From positions 14,704,698 to 14,768,697 of the forward strand of contig OZ037765.1 in NCBI GenBank assembly GCA_964035545.1: a stretch of 64,000 bases of DNA, given 5' to 3'. The stretch is from Bugula neritina (lineage: Eukaryota > Animalia > Bryozoa). Below are positions 48,501 to 64,000 of the stretch, one piece after another. The notes under the pieces are model-generated. The model ran no database searches, was not told the origin of the DNA, and saw only the letters and a list, made by a program, of their open reading frames with translations. The position numbers were made by a program, and so were the translations under genes. Position 1 is the first letter of the stretch. Each line of letters begins with the position of its first letter.

Positions 48501-51500
48501 ATAATGCAAGTTACTACAACATACTGAAATACACTGTGACATACTGAGTTACACTGCAACACCTTGAAATATAGTGCAACACACTGAAAGATACGGCAAC
48601 ATACTGAAATATACTGCGACACATTGAAATATACTGCAGCATACTGAAATATGCTGTAGCATACTGAAATATACTGTAACACACTGAAATATACTGCAAC
48701 ATACTGAAATGCACTGTAACATACTGAAACATACTGCAACATACTGCAACATACTGAAATACACTGTAACATACTGAAATACACTGCAACATACTGTAAC
48801 ATACTGAAATACACTGGAACATATTGAAACACACTACAACACATTGAAATATACTGCAACACACTGAAACATACAGCAACATACTGAAATATACTGCGAC
48901 ACATTGAAATATACTGCTACACAGCTAAATATAATGCAAGATACTGCAACATTCTGAAATACACTGTGACATACTGAAATACACTGCAACATACTTCAAC
49001 ATACTGCAACATACTGCAACATACTGAAATACACTGTAACATATTGAAGTCCACTGCAACACATTGAAACATACCGCAAAATACTAAAATACACTGCAAC
49101 ACACTGAAGTATACTGTAACATATAGAAATGTACTGTAAAATACTTAAACATGTGACAACATACCAAAAAATATCCTGCAACATACTGAATTACACTGCA
49201 ATATCCTGAAATATACTTCAACATACTGAAACATACCTAAAAACATTGAAATATACTGAAATACAGTGTAGGATATTGAAATGCACTGCAACAATTTGGA
49301 ATATACAGCAACATACCGAAGTATATGGTAACCTACTGAAATATGTTGCAAACTACTCAAATATACTGCAACATACTGCAACATAATAAAATATACTATA
49401 ACACACTGGAATAAACTGCAAAATACTGAAATATACTGTAACATACTGAAACATACTGCAACATACCGAAATATACTGTAACATTCTGAAATATACTGCA
49501 AGATACTGCAATATACTGAAATACACTGTAACATACTGAAATACACTGCAACATACTGCAACATACTGACATACACTGGAACATACTGAAATACACTGCA
49601 ACATACTACACCATACTGAAATACACTGTAACCTACTGAAATATGCTGTAGCACACTGAAATATACTGCAACATACTGAAATATAATGCAAGTTACTACA
49701 ACATACTGAAAAACACTGTGACATACTGAAAAACACTGTGACATACTGAAATACACTGCAACATACTGCAACATACTGAAATACACTGTAACATATTGAA
49801 ATACACTGCAACATACTGCAACATACTGCAACACACTGAAACATACGGCAACACACTCACATGTACAGCGACACATTGAAATATACTGCAACATACTGAA
49901 ATATGCTGTAGCATACTGAAATACACTGCAACACACTGAAATATACTGCAACATACTGCAACATACTGAAATACACTGTAACATACTGAAATACACTGCA
50001 ACATACTGCAACATACTGAAATACACTGGAACATATTGAAACACACTACAACACATTGAAATATACTGCAACACACTGAAACATACAGCACCATACTGAA
50101 ATATACTGCGACACATTGAAATATACTGCAACATACTGAAATATGCTGTAGCATGCTGTAATATACTGTAACACACTGTAATATACTGCAACATACTGCA
50201 ACATACTGACATACACTGGAACATACTGAAATACACTCCAATATACTACAACCTACTGAAATACACTGTAACCTACTGAAATATGCTGTAGCACACCGAA
50301 ATATACTGCAACATACTAAAATATACTGCAACACATTGAAATATACTGCTGCATAGTCAAATATAATGCAAGATACTGTAACATTCTGAAAAACACTGTA
50401 ACATACTTAAATACACTGCAACATACTGCAACATACTGACATACACTGGAACATACTGAAATACACTCCAACATACTACAACATACTGAAATACACTGTA
50501 ACCTACTGAAATATGCTGTAGCACACTGAAATATACTGCAACATACTGAAATATATTGAAAGTTACTACAACATACTGAAATACACTGTGACATACTGAG
50601 ATACACTGCAACATACTGCAACATACTGCAACATACTGCAACATACTGAAATACACTGTAACAGACTGAAATGTACTGTAACACACTGACATATACTGCA
50701 ACACATTGAAATATACCGCAACATACTGAAATATGCTGTAGCACACTGAAATACACTGCAACTCACTATAATATAGTGTAATATACAGAAATGTACTGTA
50801 ACATACTGAAATATACTGTAACATACTGAAATTTGCTGCAACATACTGAAGTACACTGCAACATACTGCAACATACTGAAATACACTGTAACATATTGAA
50901 ATACACGACAACACATTGAAATATACTGCAACACACTGAAGGATACGGCAACATACTGAAATATACTGCGACACATTGAAATATACTGCAACATACCGAA
51001 ATATGCTGTAGCATACTGAAATATACTGTAACACACTGTAAAATACTGCAACATACTGCAACATACTGACATACACTGGAACATACTGAAATACGCTGCA
51101 ACATACTACAACATACTGAAATACACTGTACCCTACTGAAATATGCTGTAGCACACTGAAATATACTGCAACATACTGAAATATAATGCAAGTTACTACA
51201 ACGAACTGAAATACACTGTGACATACTGAGATACACTGCAACATACTGCAACATACTGCAACATACTGCAACATACTGCAACATACTGATATACACTGTA
51301 ACAGACTGAAATGTACTGTAACACACTGAAATATACTGCAACATGCTGAAATACACTGTAACATACTGAAATATACAGCAACATACCGAAGTATATGGTA
51401 ACCTACTGAAATATGTTGCAAACTACTCAAATATACTGCAACATACTGCAACATAATAAAATATACTATAACACACTGGAATAAACTGCAAAATACTGAA

Positions 51501-54500
51501 ATATACTGTAACATACTGAAACATACTGCAACATACCGAAATATACTGTAACATTCTGAAATATACTGCAAGATACTGCAATATACTGAAATACACTGTA
51601 ACATACTGAAATACACTGCAACATACTGCAACATACTGACATACACTGGAACATACTGAAATACACTGCAACATACTACACCATACTGAAATACACTGTA
51701 ACCTACTGAAATATGCTGTAGCACACTGAAATACACTGTAACATACTGAAATACACTGCAACATACTGCAACATACTGACATACACTGGAACATACTGAA
51801 ATACACTGCAACATACTACACCATACTGAAATACACTGTAACCTACTGAAATATGCTGTAGCACACTGAAATATACTGCAACATACTGAAATATAATGCA
51901 AGTTACTACAACATACTGAAAAACACTGTGACATACTGAAATACACTGCAACATACTGCAACATACTGCAACATACTGAAATACACTGTAACATATTGAA
52001 ATACACTGCAACATACTGCAACACACTGCAACACACTGAAACATACGGCAACACACTCACATGTACAGCGACACATTGAAATATACTGCAACATACTGAA
52101 ATATGCTGTAGCATACTGAAATACACTGCAACACACTGAAATATACTGCAACATACTGCAACATACTGAAATACACTGTAACATACTGAAATACACTGCA
52201 ACATACTGCAACATACTGAAATACACTGGAACATATTGAAACACACTACAACACATTGAAATATACTGCAACACACTGAAACATACAGCACCATACTGAA
52301 ATATACTGCGACACATTGAAATATACTGCAACATACTGAAATATGCTGTAGCATGCTGTAATATACTGTAACACACTGTAATATACTGCAACATACTGCA
52401 ACATACTGACATACACTGGAACATACTGAAATACACTCCAATATACTACAACATACTGAAATACACTGTAACCTACTGAAATATGCTGTAGCACACCGAA
52501 ATATACTGCAACATACTAAAATATACTGCAACACATTGAAATATACTGCTGCATAGTCAAATATAATGCAAGATACTGTAACATTCTGAAAAACACTGTA
52601 ACATACTTAAATACACTGCAACATACTGCAACATACTGACATACACTGGAACATACTGAAATACACTCCAACATACTACAACATACTGAAATACACTGTA
52701 ACCTACTGAAATATGCTGTAGCACACTGAAATATACTGCAACATACTGAAATATATTGAAAGTTACTACAACATACTGAAATACACTGTGACATACTGAG
52801 ATACACTGCAACATACTGCAACATACTGCAACATACTGCAACATACTGAAATACACTGTAACAGACTGAAATGTACTGTAACACACTGACATATACTGCA
52901 ACACATTGAAATATACCGCAACATACTGAAATATGCTGTAGCACACTGAAATACACTGCAACTCACTATAATATAGTGTAATATACAGAAATGTACTGTA
53001 ACATACTGAAATATACTGTAACATACTGAAATTTGCTGCAACATACTGAAGTACACTGCAACATACTGCAACATACTGAAATACACTGTAACATATTGAA
53101 ATACACGACAACACATTGAAATATACTGCAACACACTGAAGGATACGGCAACATACTGAAATATACTGCGACACATTGAAATATACTGCAACATACCGAA
53201 ATATGCTGTAGCATACTGAAATATACTGTAACACACTGTAAAATACTGCAACATACTGCAACATACTGACATACACTGGAACATACTGAAATACGCTGCA
53301 ACATACTACAACATACTGAAATACACTGTACCCTACTGAAATATGCTGTAGCACACTGAAATATACTGCAACATACTGAAATATAATGCAAGTTACTACA
53401 ACGAACTGAAATACACTGTGACATACTGAGATACACTGCAACATACTGCAACATACTGCAACATACTGCAACATACTTCAACATACTGATATACACTGTA
53501 ACAGACTGAAATGTACTGTAACACACTGAAATATACTGCAACATGCTGAAATACACTGTAACATACTGAAATATACTGCAACATACTCCAACATACCGAA
53601 TTACACTGTAACAAACTGAAATACACTCCAACATACTACAACATACTGCAACATACTGCAACATACTACAACATACTGAAATAAACTGTGACATACTGAG
53701 ATACACTGCAACATACTGCAAGATACTGCAACATACTGAAATACACTGTAACCTACTGAAATACACTGCAACATACTACAACATACTGAAATACACTGTA
53801 ACATTATGAATTACCCTGCAACACATTGAAAAATACTGCAACATATCGAAATATATGGTAAACAATTGAAATATACTGTAACACATCGAAAAATACTGCA
53901 ACATACTGAAATATACTGTAACACACTGAAATATACTGCAACATACTGAAATACATTGTAACATACTGAAATATACTGCAACATACTGCAACATACTGAA
54001 ATACACTGTAACATACTGAAATACACTGCAACATACTGCAACATACTGAAATACATTGGAACATATTGAAACACACTACAACACATTAAAATATACTGCA
54101 ACACACTGAAACATACGGCAACATACTGAAATATACTGCAAAACATCTAAATATACTGCTACATACTGAAACATGCTGTAGCATACTGAAATACACTGCA
54201 ACACACTGAAGTATACTGTAATATACAGAAATGTACTGTAACATACTGAAACGTACGTCAACATACTGAAATGTACTCCAACATGCTGAACTATACTGCA
54301 ACATACTGAAATACACTGTAATATACTGCATTAAACTGCAACATACTGCAACATACTGAAATAAGCTGTACCATATTGAAATACACTACAACACATTGTA
54401 ATATACTGCAACATACTGAACCATACGGCAACATACTGAAATATACTGCAAGACATTGAAATATACTACAACATAGTCAAATATAACGCAAGATACTGTA

Positions 54501-57500
54501 ACATTCGGAAAAACACTGTGACATACTGAAATACACTGCAACATACTGCAACATACTGCAACATACTGATATACACTGCAACACATTGAAATAAACCGCA
54601 ACATACCTAAATATACGGTAACATACTGAAATATACTGTAACTCATTGAAAAACATTGCAACATACTAAAACATACTGAAATATGCTGTAGCACACTGAA
54701 ATACACCGCAGTTCACTGAAAAATAGTGTAATATACGGAAATATACCGTAACATACTGAAATATACTGTAACAGACTGAAATGTACTGTAACACACTGAA
54801 ATACACTGCAACATGCTGAAATACACTGTAACATACTGAAATATACTGCAACATACTGCAACATACCGAATTACACTGTAACAAACTGAAATACACTCCA
54901 ACAAACTACAACATACTGAAATACACTGTAACATATTGAAATACACCGCAACACATTGAAATATACTGCAACATAACGAAATATATAGTAAACTACTGAA
55001 ATATACTGTAACACATTGAAACATTTGGCAAAATACTAAAATACACTGCAACACACTGAAGTATACTGTAACATATAGAAATGTACTGTAAAATACTTAA
55101 ACATGTGACAACATACCAAAAAATATCCTGCAACATACTGAATTACACTGCAATATCCTGAAATATACTTCAACATACTGAAACATACCTAAAAACATTG
55201 AAATATACTGAAATACAGTGTAGGATATTGAAATACACTGCAACAATTTGGAATATACAGCAACATACCGAAGTATATGGTAACCTACTGAAATATGTTG
55301 CAAACTACTGAAATATACTGCAACATACTGCAACATAATAAAATATACTATAACACACTGGAATAAACTGCAAAATACTGAAATATACTGTAACATACTG
55401 AAACATACTGCAACATACCGAAATATACTGTAACATTCTGAAATATACTGCAAGATACTGCAATATACTGAAATACACTGTAACATACTGAAATACACTG
55501 CAACATACTGCAACATACTGACATACACTGGAACATACTGAAATACACTGCAACATACTACAACATACTGAAATACACTGTAACCTACTGAAATATGCTG
55601 TAGCACACTGAAATATACTGCAACATACTGAAATATAATGCAAGTTACTACAACATACTGAAAAACACTGTGACATACTGAAATACACTGCAACATACTG
55701 CAACATACTGCAACATACTGCAACATACTGAAATACACTGTAACATATTGAAATACACTGCAACATACTGCAACATACTGCAACACACTGAAACATACGG
55801 CAACACACTCACATGTACAGCGACACATTGAAATATACTGCAACATACTGAAATATGCTGTAGCATACTGAAATACACTGCAACACACTGAAATATACTG
55901 CAACATACTGCAACATGCTGAAATACACTGTAACATACTGAAATACACTGCAACATACTGCAACATACTGAAATACACTGGAACATATTGAAACACACTA
56001 CAACACATTGAAATATACTGCAACACACTGAAACATACAGCACCATACTGAAATATACTGCGACACATTGAAATATACTGCAACATACTGAAATATGCTG
56101 TAGCATGCTGTAATATACTGTAACACACTGTAATATACTGCAACATACTGCAACATACTGACATACACTGGAACATACTGAAATACACTCCAATATACTA
56201 CAACATACTGAAATACACTGTACCCTACTGAAATATGCTGTAGCACACTGAATAATACTGCAACATACTGAAATATAATGCAAGTTACTACAACGAACTG
56301 AAATACACTGTGACATACTGAGATACACTGCAACATACTGCAACATACTGCAACATACTGCAACATACTGCAACATATTGATATACACTGTAACAGACTG
56401 AAATGTACTGTAACACACTGAAATATACTGCAACATGCTGAAATACAGTGTAACATACTGAAATATACTGCAACATACTCCAACATACCGAATTACACTG
56501 TAACAAACTGAAATACACTCCAACATACTACAACATACTGAAATACACTGTAACATATTGAAATACATCGCAACACATTGAAATATACAGCAACACACTG
56601 AAATACACTGTAACACACTGTAATATACTGCAACATACTGCAACATACTGACATACACTGGAACATACTGAAATACACTCCAATATACTACAACATACTG
56701 AAATACACTGTAACCTACTGAAATATGCTGTAGCACACCGAAATATACTGCAACATACTGAAATATAATGCAAGTTACTACAACATACTGAAATACACTG
56801 TGACATACTGAGTTACACTGCAACATACTGAGACATACTGCAACATACTGCAACATACTGATATACACTGTAACAGACTGAAATGTACTGTAACACACTG
56901 AAATATACTGCAACATGCTGAAATACACTGTAACATACTGAAATATACTGCAACATACTGCAACATACCGAATTACACTGTAACAAACTGAAATACACTC
57001 CAACATACTACAACATACTGAAATACACTGTAACGTATTGAAATACATCGCAACACATTGAAATATACTGCAACACACTGAAATATACAGTAACACACTG
57101 TAATATAATGCAAGTTACTACAACATACTGAAATACACTGTGACATACTGAGTTACACTGCAACACCTTGAAATATAGTGCAACACACTGAAAGATACGG
57201 CAACATACTGAAATATACTGCGACACATTGAAATATACTGCAGCATACTGAAATATGCTGTAGCATACTGAAATATACTGTAACACACTGAAATATACTG
57301 CAACATACTGAAATACATTGTAACATACTGAAATATACTGCAACATACTGAAATGCACTGTAACATACTGAAACATACTGCAACATACTGCAACATACTG
57401 AAATACACTGTAACATACTGAAATACACTGCAACATACTGTAACATACTGAAATACACTGGAACATATTGAAACACACTACAACACATTGAAATATACTG

Positions 57501-60500
57501 CAACACACTGAAACATACCGCAACATACTGAAATATACTGCGACACATTGAAATATACTGCAACACAGCTAAATATAATGCAAGATACTGCAACATTCTG
57601 AAATACACTGTGACATACTGAAATACACTGCAACATACTTCAACATACTGCAACATACTGCAACATACTGAAATACACTGTAACATATTGAAGTCCACTG
57701 CAACACATTGAAACATACCGCAAAATACTAAAATACACTGCAACACACTGAAGTATACTGTAACATATAGAAATGTACTGTAAAATACTTAAACATGTGA
57801 CAACATACCAAAAAATATCCTGCAACATACTGAATTACACTGCAATATCCTGAAATATACTTCAACATACTGAAACATACCTAAAAACATTGAAATATAC
57901 TGAAATACAGTGTAGGATATTGAAATGCACTGCAACAATTTGGAATATACAGCAACATACCGAAGTATATGGTAACCTACTGAAATATGTTGCAAACTAC
58001 TCAAATATACTGCAACATACTGCAACATAATAAAATATACTATAACACACTGGAATAAACTGCAAAATACTGAAATATACTGTAACATACTGAAACATAC
58101 TGCAACATACCGAAATATACTGTAACATTCTGAAATATACTGCAAGATACTGCAATATACTGAAATACACTGTAACATACTGAAATACACTGCAACATAC
58201 TGCAACATACTGACATACACTGGAACATACTGAAATACACTGCAACATACTACACCATACTGAAATACACTGTAACCTACTGAAATATGCTGTAGCACAC
58301 TGAAATATACTGCAACATACTGAAATATAATGCAAGTTACTACAACATACTGAAAAACACTGTGACATACTGAAATACACTGCAACATACTGCAACATAC
58401 TGCAACATACTGAAATACACTGTAACATATTGAAATACACTGCAACATACTGCAACATACTGCAACACACTGAAACATACGGCAACACACTCACATGTAC
58501 AGCGACACATTGAAATATACTGCAACATACTGAAATATGCTGTAGCATACTGAAATACACTGCAACACACTGAAATATACTGCAACATACTGCAACATAC
58601 TGAAATACACTGTAACATACTGAAATACACTGCAACATACTGCAACATACTGAAATACACTGGAACATATTGAAACACACTACAACACATTGAAATATAC
58701 TGCAACACACTGAAACATACAGCACCATACTGAAATATACTGCGACACATTGAAATATACTGCAACATACTGAAATATGCTGTAGCATGCTGTAATATAC
58801 TGTAACACACTGTAATATACTGCAACATACTGCAACATACTGACATACACTGGAACATACTGAAATACACTCCAATATACTACAACATACTGAAATACAC
58901 TGTAACCTACTGAAATATGCTGTAGCACACCGAAATATACTGCAACATACTAAAATATACTGCAACACATTGAAATATACTGCTGCATAGTCAAATATAA
59001 TGCAAGATACTGTAACATTCTGAAATACACTGTAACATACTTAAATACACTGCAACATACTGCAACATACTGACATACACTGGAACATACTGAAATACAC
59101 TCCAACATACTACAACATACTGAAATACACTGTAACCTACTGAAATATGCTGTAGCACACTGAAATATACTGCAACATACTGAAATATATTGAAAGTTAC
59201 TACAACATACTGAAATACACTGTGACATACTGAGATACACTGCAACATACTGCAACATACTGCAACATACTGCAACATACTGAAATACACTGTAACATAC
59301 TGAAACATACTGCAACATACTGCAACATACTGAAATACACTGTAACATACTGAAATACACTGCAACATACTGTAACATACTGAAATACACTGGAACATAT
59401 TGAAACACACTACAACACATTGAAATATACTGCAACACACTGAAACATACAGCAACATACTGAAATATACTGCGACACATTGAAATATACTGCAACACAG
59501 CTAAATATAATGCAAGATACTGCAACATTCTGAAATACACTGTGACATACTGACATACACTGGAACATACTGAAATACACTCCAATATACTACAACATAC
59601 TGAAATACACTGTAACCTACTGAAATATGCTGTAGCACACCGAAATATACTGCAACATACTAAAATATACTGCAACACATTGAAATATACTGCTGCATAG
59701 TCAAATATAATGCAAGATACTGTAACATTCTGAAATACACTGTAACATACTTAAATACACTGCAACATACTGCAACATACTGACATACACTGGAACATAC
59801 TGAAATACACTCCAACATACTACAACATACTGAAATACACTGTAACCTACTGAAATATGCTGTAGCACACTGAAATATACTGCAACATACTGAAATATAT
59901 TGAAAGTTACTACAACATACTGAAATACACTGTGACATACTGAGATACACTGCAACATACTGCAACATACTGCAACATACTGCAACATACTGAAATACAC
60001 TGTAACATACTGAAACATACTGCAACATACTGCAACATACTGAAATACACTGTAACATACTGAAATACACTGCAACATACTGTAACATACTGAAATACAC
60101 TGGAACATATTGAAACACACTACAACACATTGAAATATACTGCAACACACTGAAACATACAGCAACATACTGAAATATACTGCGACACATTGAAATATAC
60201 TGCAACACAGCTAAATATAATGCAAGATACTGCAACATTCTGAAATACACTGTGACATACTGAAATACACTGCAACATACTTCAACATACTGCAACATAC
60301 TGCAACATACTGAAATACACTGTAACATATTGAAGTCCACTGCAACACATTGAAACATACTGCAACACACTGAAACATACGGCAACATACTGAATTATAC
60401 TGCAACACATTGAAATATACTGCAACATAGTCAAATATAATGCAAGATACTGTAACATTCTGAAACACACTGTGAGATACTGAAAAACACTGTGACATAC

Positions 60501-63500
60501 TTAAATACACTGCAACATACTGCAACATACTGAAATACACTGCAACACATTGAAATAAACCGCAACATACTTAAATATACGGTAACATACTGAAATATAC
60601 TGTAACTCATTGAAAAACATTGCAACATACTGAAACATACTGAAATATGCTGTAGCACACTGAAATACACCGCAGTTCACTGAAAAAAAGTGTAATATAC
60701 GGAAATGTACCGTAACATACTGAAATATACTGTAACAGACTGAAATGTACTGTAACACACTGAAATATACTGCAACATGCTGAAATACACTGTAACATAC
60801 TGAAATATACTGCAACATACTCCAACATACCGAATTACACTGTAACAAACTGAAATACACTCCAACATACTACAACATACTGAAATACACTGTAACATAT
60901 TGAAATACATCGCAACACATTGAAATATACTGCAACACACTGGAATATACTGTAACACACTGTAATATACTGCAACATGCTGCAACATACTGACATACAC
61001 TGGAACATACTGAAATACACTCCAATATACTACAACATACTGAAATACACTGTAACCTACTGAAATATGCTGTAGCACACCGAAATATACTGCAACATAC
61101 TGAAATATAATGCAAGTTACTACAACACATTGAAATACACTGTGACATACTGAGATACACTGCAACATACTGAGACATACTGCAACATACTGCAACATAC
61201 TGATATACACTGTAACAGACTGAAATGTACTGTAACACACTGAAATATACTGCAACATGCTGAAATACACTGTAACATACTGAAATATACTGCAACATAC
61301 TGCAACATACCGAATTACACTGTAACAAACTGAAATACACTCCAACATACTACAACATACTGAAATACACTGTAACGTATTGAAATACATCGCAACACAT
61401 TGAAATATACTGCAACACACTGAAATATACTGTAACACACTGTAATATAATGCAAGTTAGTACAACATACTGAAATACACTGTGACATACTGAGTTACAC
61501 TGCAACACCTTGAAATATAGTGCAACACACTGAAAGATACGGCAACATACTGAAATATACTGCGACACATTGAAATATACTGCAGCATACTGAAATATGC
61601 TGTAGCATACTGAAATATACTGTAACACACTGAAATATACTGCAACATACTGAAATACATTGCAACATACTGAAATATACTGCAACATACTGAAATACAC
61701 TGTAACATACTGAAACATACTGCAACATACTGCAACATACTGAAATACACTGTAACATACTGAAATACACTGCAACATACTGTAACATACTGAAATACAC
61801 TGGAACATATTGAAACACACTACAACACATTGAAATATACTGCAACACACTGAAACATACAGCAACATACTGAAATATACTGCGACACATTGAAATATAC
61901 TGCAACACAGCTAAATATAATGCAAGATACTGCAACATTCTAAAATACACTGTGACATACTGAAATACACTGCAACATACTTCAACATACTGCAACATAC
62001 TGCAACATACTGAAATACACTGTAACATATTGAAGTCCACTGCAACACATTGAAACATACTGCAACACACTGAAACATACGGCAACATACTGAAATATAC
62101 TGCAACACATTGAAATATACTGCAACATAGCCAAATATAATGCAAGATACTGTAACATTCTGAAACACACTGTGAGATACTGAAAAACACTGTGACATAC
62201 TTAAATACACTGCAACATACTGCAACATACTGAAATACACTGCAACACATTGAAATAAACCGCAACATACTTAAATATACGGTAACATACTGAAATATAC
62301 TGTAACTCATTGAAAAACATTGCAACATACTTAAACATACTGAAATATGCTGTAGCACACTGAAATACACCGCAGTTCACTGAAAAATAGTGTAATATAC
62401 GGAAATGTACCGTAACATACTGAAATATACTGTAACAGACTGAAATGTACTGTAACACACTGAAATATACTGCAACATGCTGAAATACACTGTAACATAC
62501 TGAAATATACTGCAACATACTGCAACATACCGAATTACACTGTAACAAACTGAAATACACTCCAACATACTACAACATACTGAAATACACTGTAACATAT
62601 TGAAATACACCGCAACACATTGAAACATACTCCAACATACCGAAATATATGGTAAACTACTGAAATATACGGTAACACATTGAAACATACCGCAAATTAC
62701 TAAAATACACTGCAACACACTCAAGTATACTGTAATATATATAGAAATGTACTGTAAAATACTTAAACATACGACAACATACCAAAAAACATACTGCAAC
62801 ATACTGAATTACACTGCAATATCCTGAAATATACTTCAACATACTGAAATATGCTGTAGCATGCTGTAATATACTGCAACACACTGTAATATACTGCAAC
62901 ATACTGCAACATACTGACATACACTGGAACATACTGAAATACACTCCAATATACTACAACATACTGAAATACACTGTAACCTACTGAAATATGCTGTAGC
63001 ACACCGAAATATACTGCAACATACTAAAATATACTGCAACACATTGAAATATACTGCTGCATAGTCAAATATAATGCAAGATACTGTAACATTCTGAAAA
63101 ACACTGTAACATACTTAAATACACTGCAACATACTGCAACATACTGACATACACTGGAACATACTGAAATACACTCCAACATACTACAACATACTGAAAT
63201 ACACTGTAACCTACTGAAACATGCTGTAGCACACTGAAATATACTGCAACATACTGAAATATATTGAAAGTTACTACAACATACTGAAATACACTGTGAC
63301 ATACTGAGATACACTGCAACATACTGCAACATACTGCAACATACTGCAACATACTGAAATACACTGTAACAGACTGAAATGTACTGTAACACACTGACAT
63401 ATACTGCAACACATTGAAATATACCGCAACATACTGAAATATGCTGTAGCACACTGAAATACACTGCAACTCACTATAATATAGTGTAATATACAGAAAT

Positions 63501-64000
63501 GTACTGTAACATACTGAAATATACTGTAACATACTGAAATTTGCTGCAACATACTGAAGTACACTGCAACATACTGCAACATACTGAAATACACTGTAAC
63601 ATATTGAAATACACGACAACACATTGAAATATACTGCAACACACTGAAGGATACGGCAACATACTGAAATATACTGCGACACATTGAAATATACTGCAAC
63701 ATACCGAAATATGCTGTAGCATACTGAAATATACTGTAACACACTGTAAAATACTGCAACATACTGCAACATACTGACATACACTGGAACATACTGAAAT
63801 ACGCTGCAACATACTACAACATACTGAAATACACTGTACCCTACTGAAATATGCTGTAGCACACTGAAATATACTGCAACATACTGAAATATAATGCAAG
63901 TTACTACAACGAACTGAAATACACTGTGACATACTGAGATACACTGCAACATACTGCAACATACTGCAACATACTGCAACATACTGCAACATACTGATAT
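42500..64000 (+). repeat. HOR domain 3: ~8.6-kb higher-order repeat with internal 2200-, 710- and 1700-bp-offset duplications
   Basis: ORF offsets 8604 (45172/53776, 46493/55097, 47044/55648), 8594 (43312/51906), 8644 (49145/57789), 2200 (50316/52516), 710 (58950/59660), 1700 (60211/61911), 10508 (52516/63024). Domain-specific landmark ACTTAAACATGTGACAACATACCAAAAAATATCC. Confidence 0.85.

Larger units (their letters stand above)
36528..64000 (+). repeat. 10-bp monomer satellite array, right arm (same family and orientation)
   Basis: Same monomers resume immediately after the insertion (AACACATTGAAAT at 36528) and continue to the window end. Confidence 0.98.

Noticed and set aside
13-63992. 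Hundreds of minus-strand ORFs (60-725 aa) as protein-coding genes
   Set aside because: They overlap in all three frames, mirror the 10-bp repeat, show no 3-nt-based constraint or recognisable domain, and break at random HOR variants.
1-64000. Telomerase-type telomeric repeat
   Set aside because: No G-run-rich strand, monomers are heterogeneous, and multi-kb HORs indicate recombinational amplification rather than templated addition.

Overview
Eukaryote-type satellite DNA. About 95% of the window (1-33205 and 36528-64000) is one head-to-tail, single-orientation array of a degenerate 10-bp monomer. It is mostly TGCAACATAC / TGTAACATAC alternating with TGAAATATAC / TGAAATACAC, giving a loose 20-bp dimer. 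The array has nested higher-order repeats (HORs) in successive domains: an 8179-bp HOR plus a 5024-bp deletion derivative (1-~20040); a ~3.5-3.9-kb HOR family (~20400-39500); a return of a diverged segment of the first HOR (~39500-42500); and a ~8.6-kb HOR with internal duplications (~42500-64000). The only non-satellite DNA is a 3322-bp insertion (33206-36527). It has perfect 19-bp terminal inverted repeats starting CACAG, ~170-bp imperfect modular subterminal inverted arms, a 2-bp AA target-site duplication checked against empty sites in sister HOR copies, and no transposase ORF. It is best read as a recent non-autonomous CMC (EnSpm/CACTA-like) DNA transposon. It carries a 760-bp internal MITE-like element and one clear plus one weak tRNA-like Pol III A/B-box module. 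No protein-coding gene is supported: the many minus-strand Cys/Tyr/Val/Ser-rich ORFs are artefacts of the stop-free strand of the 10-mer. All alignments were by eye or from ORF-track offsets, and no database searches were run. I found no convincing novel coding system; the composite insertion is the best lead.
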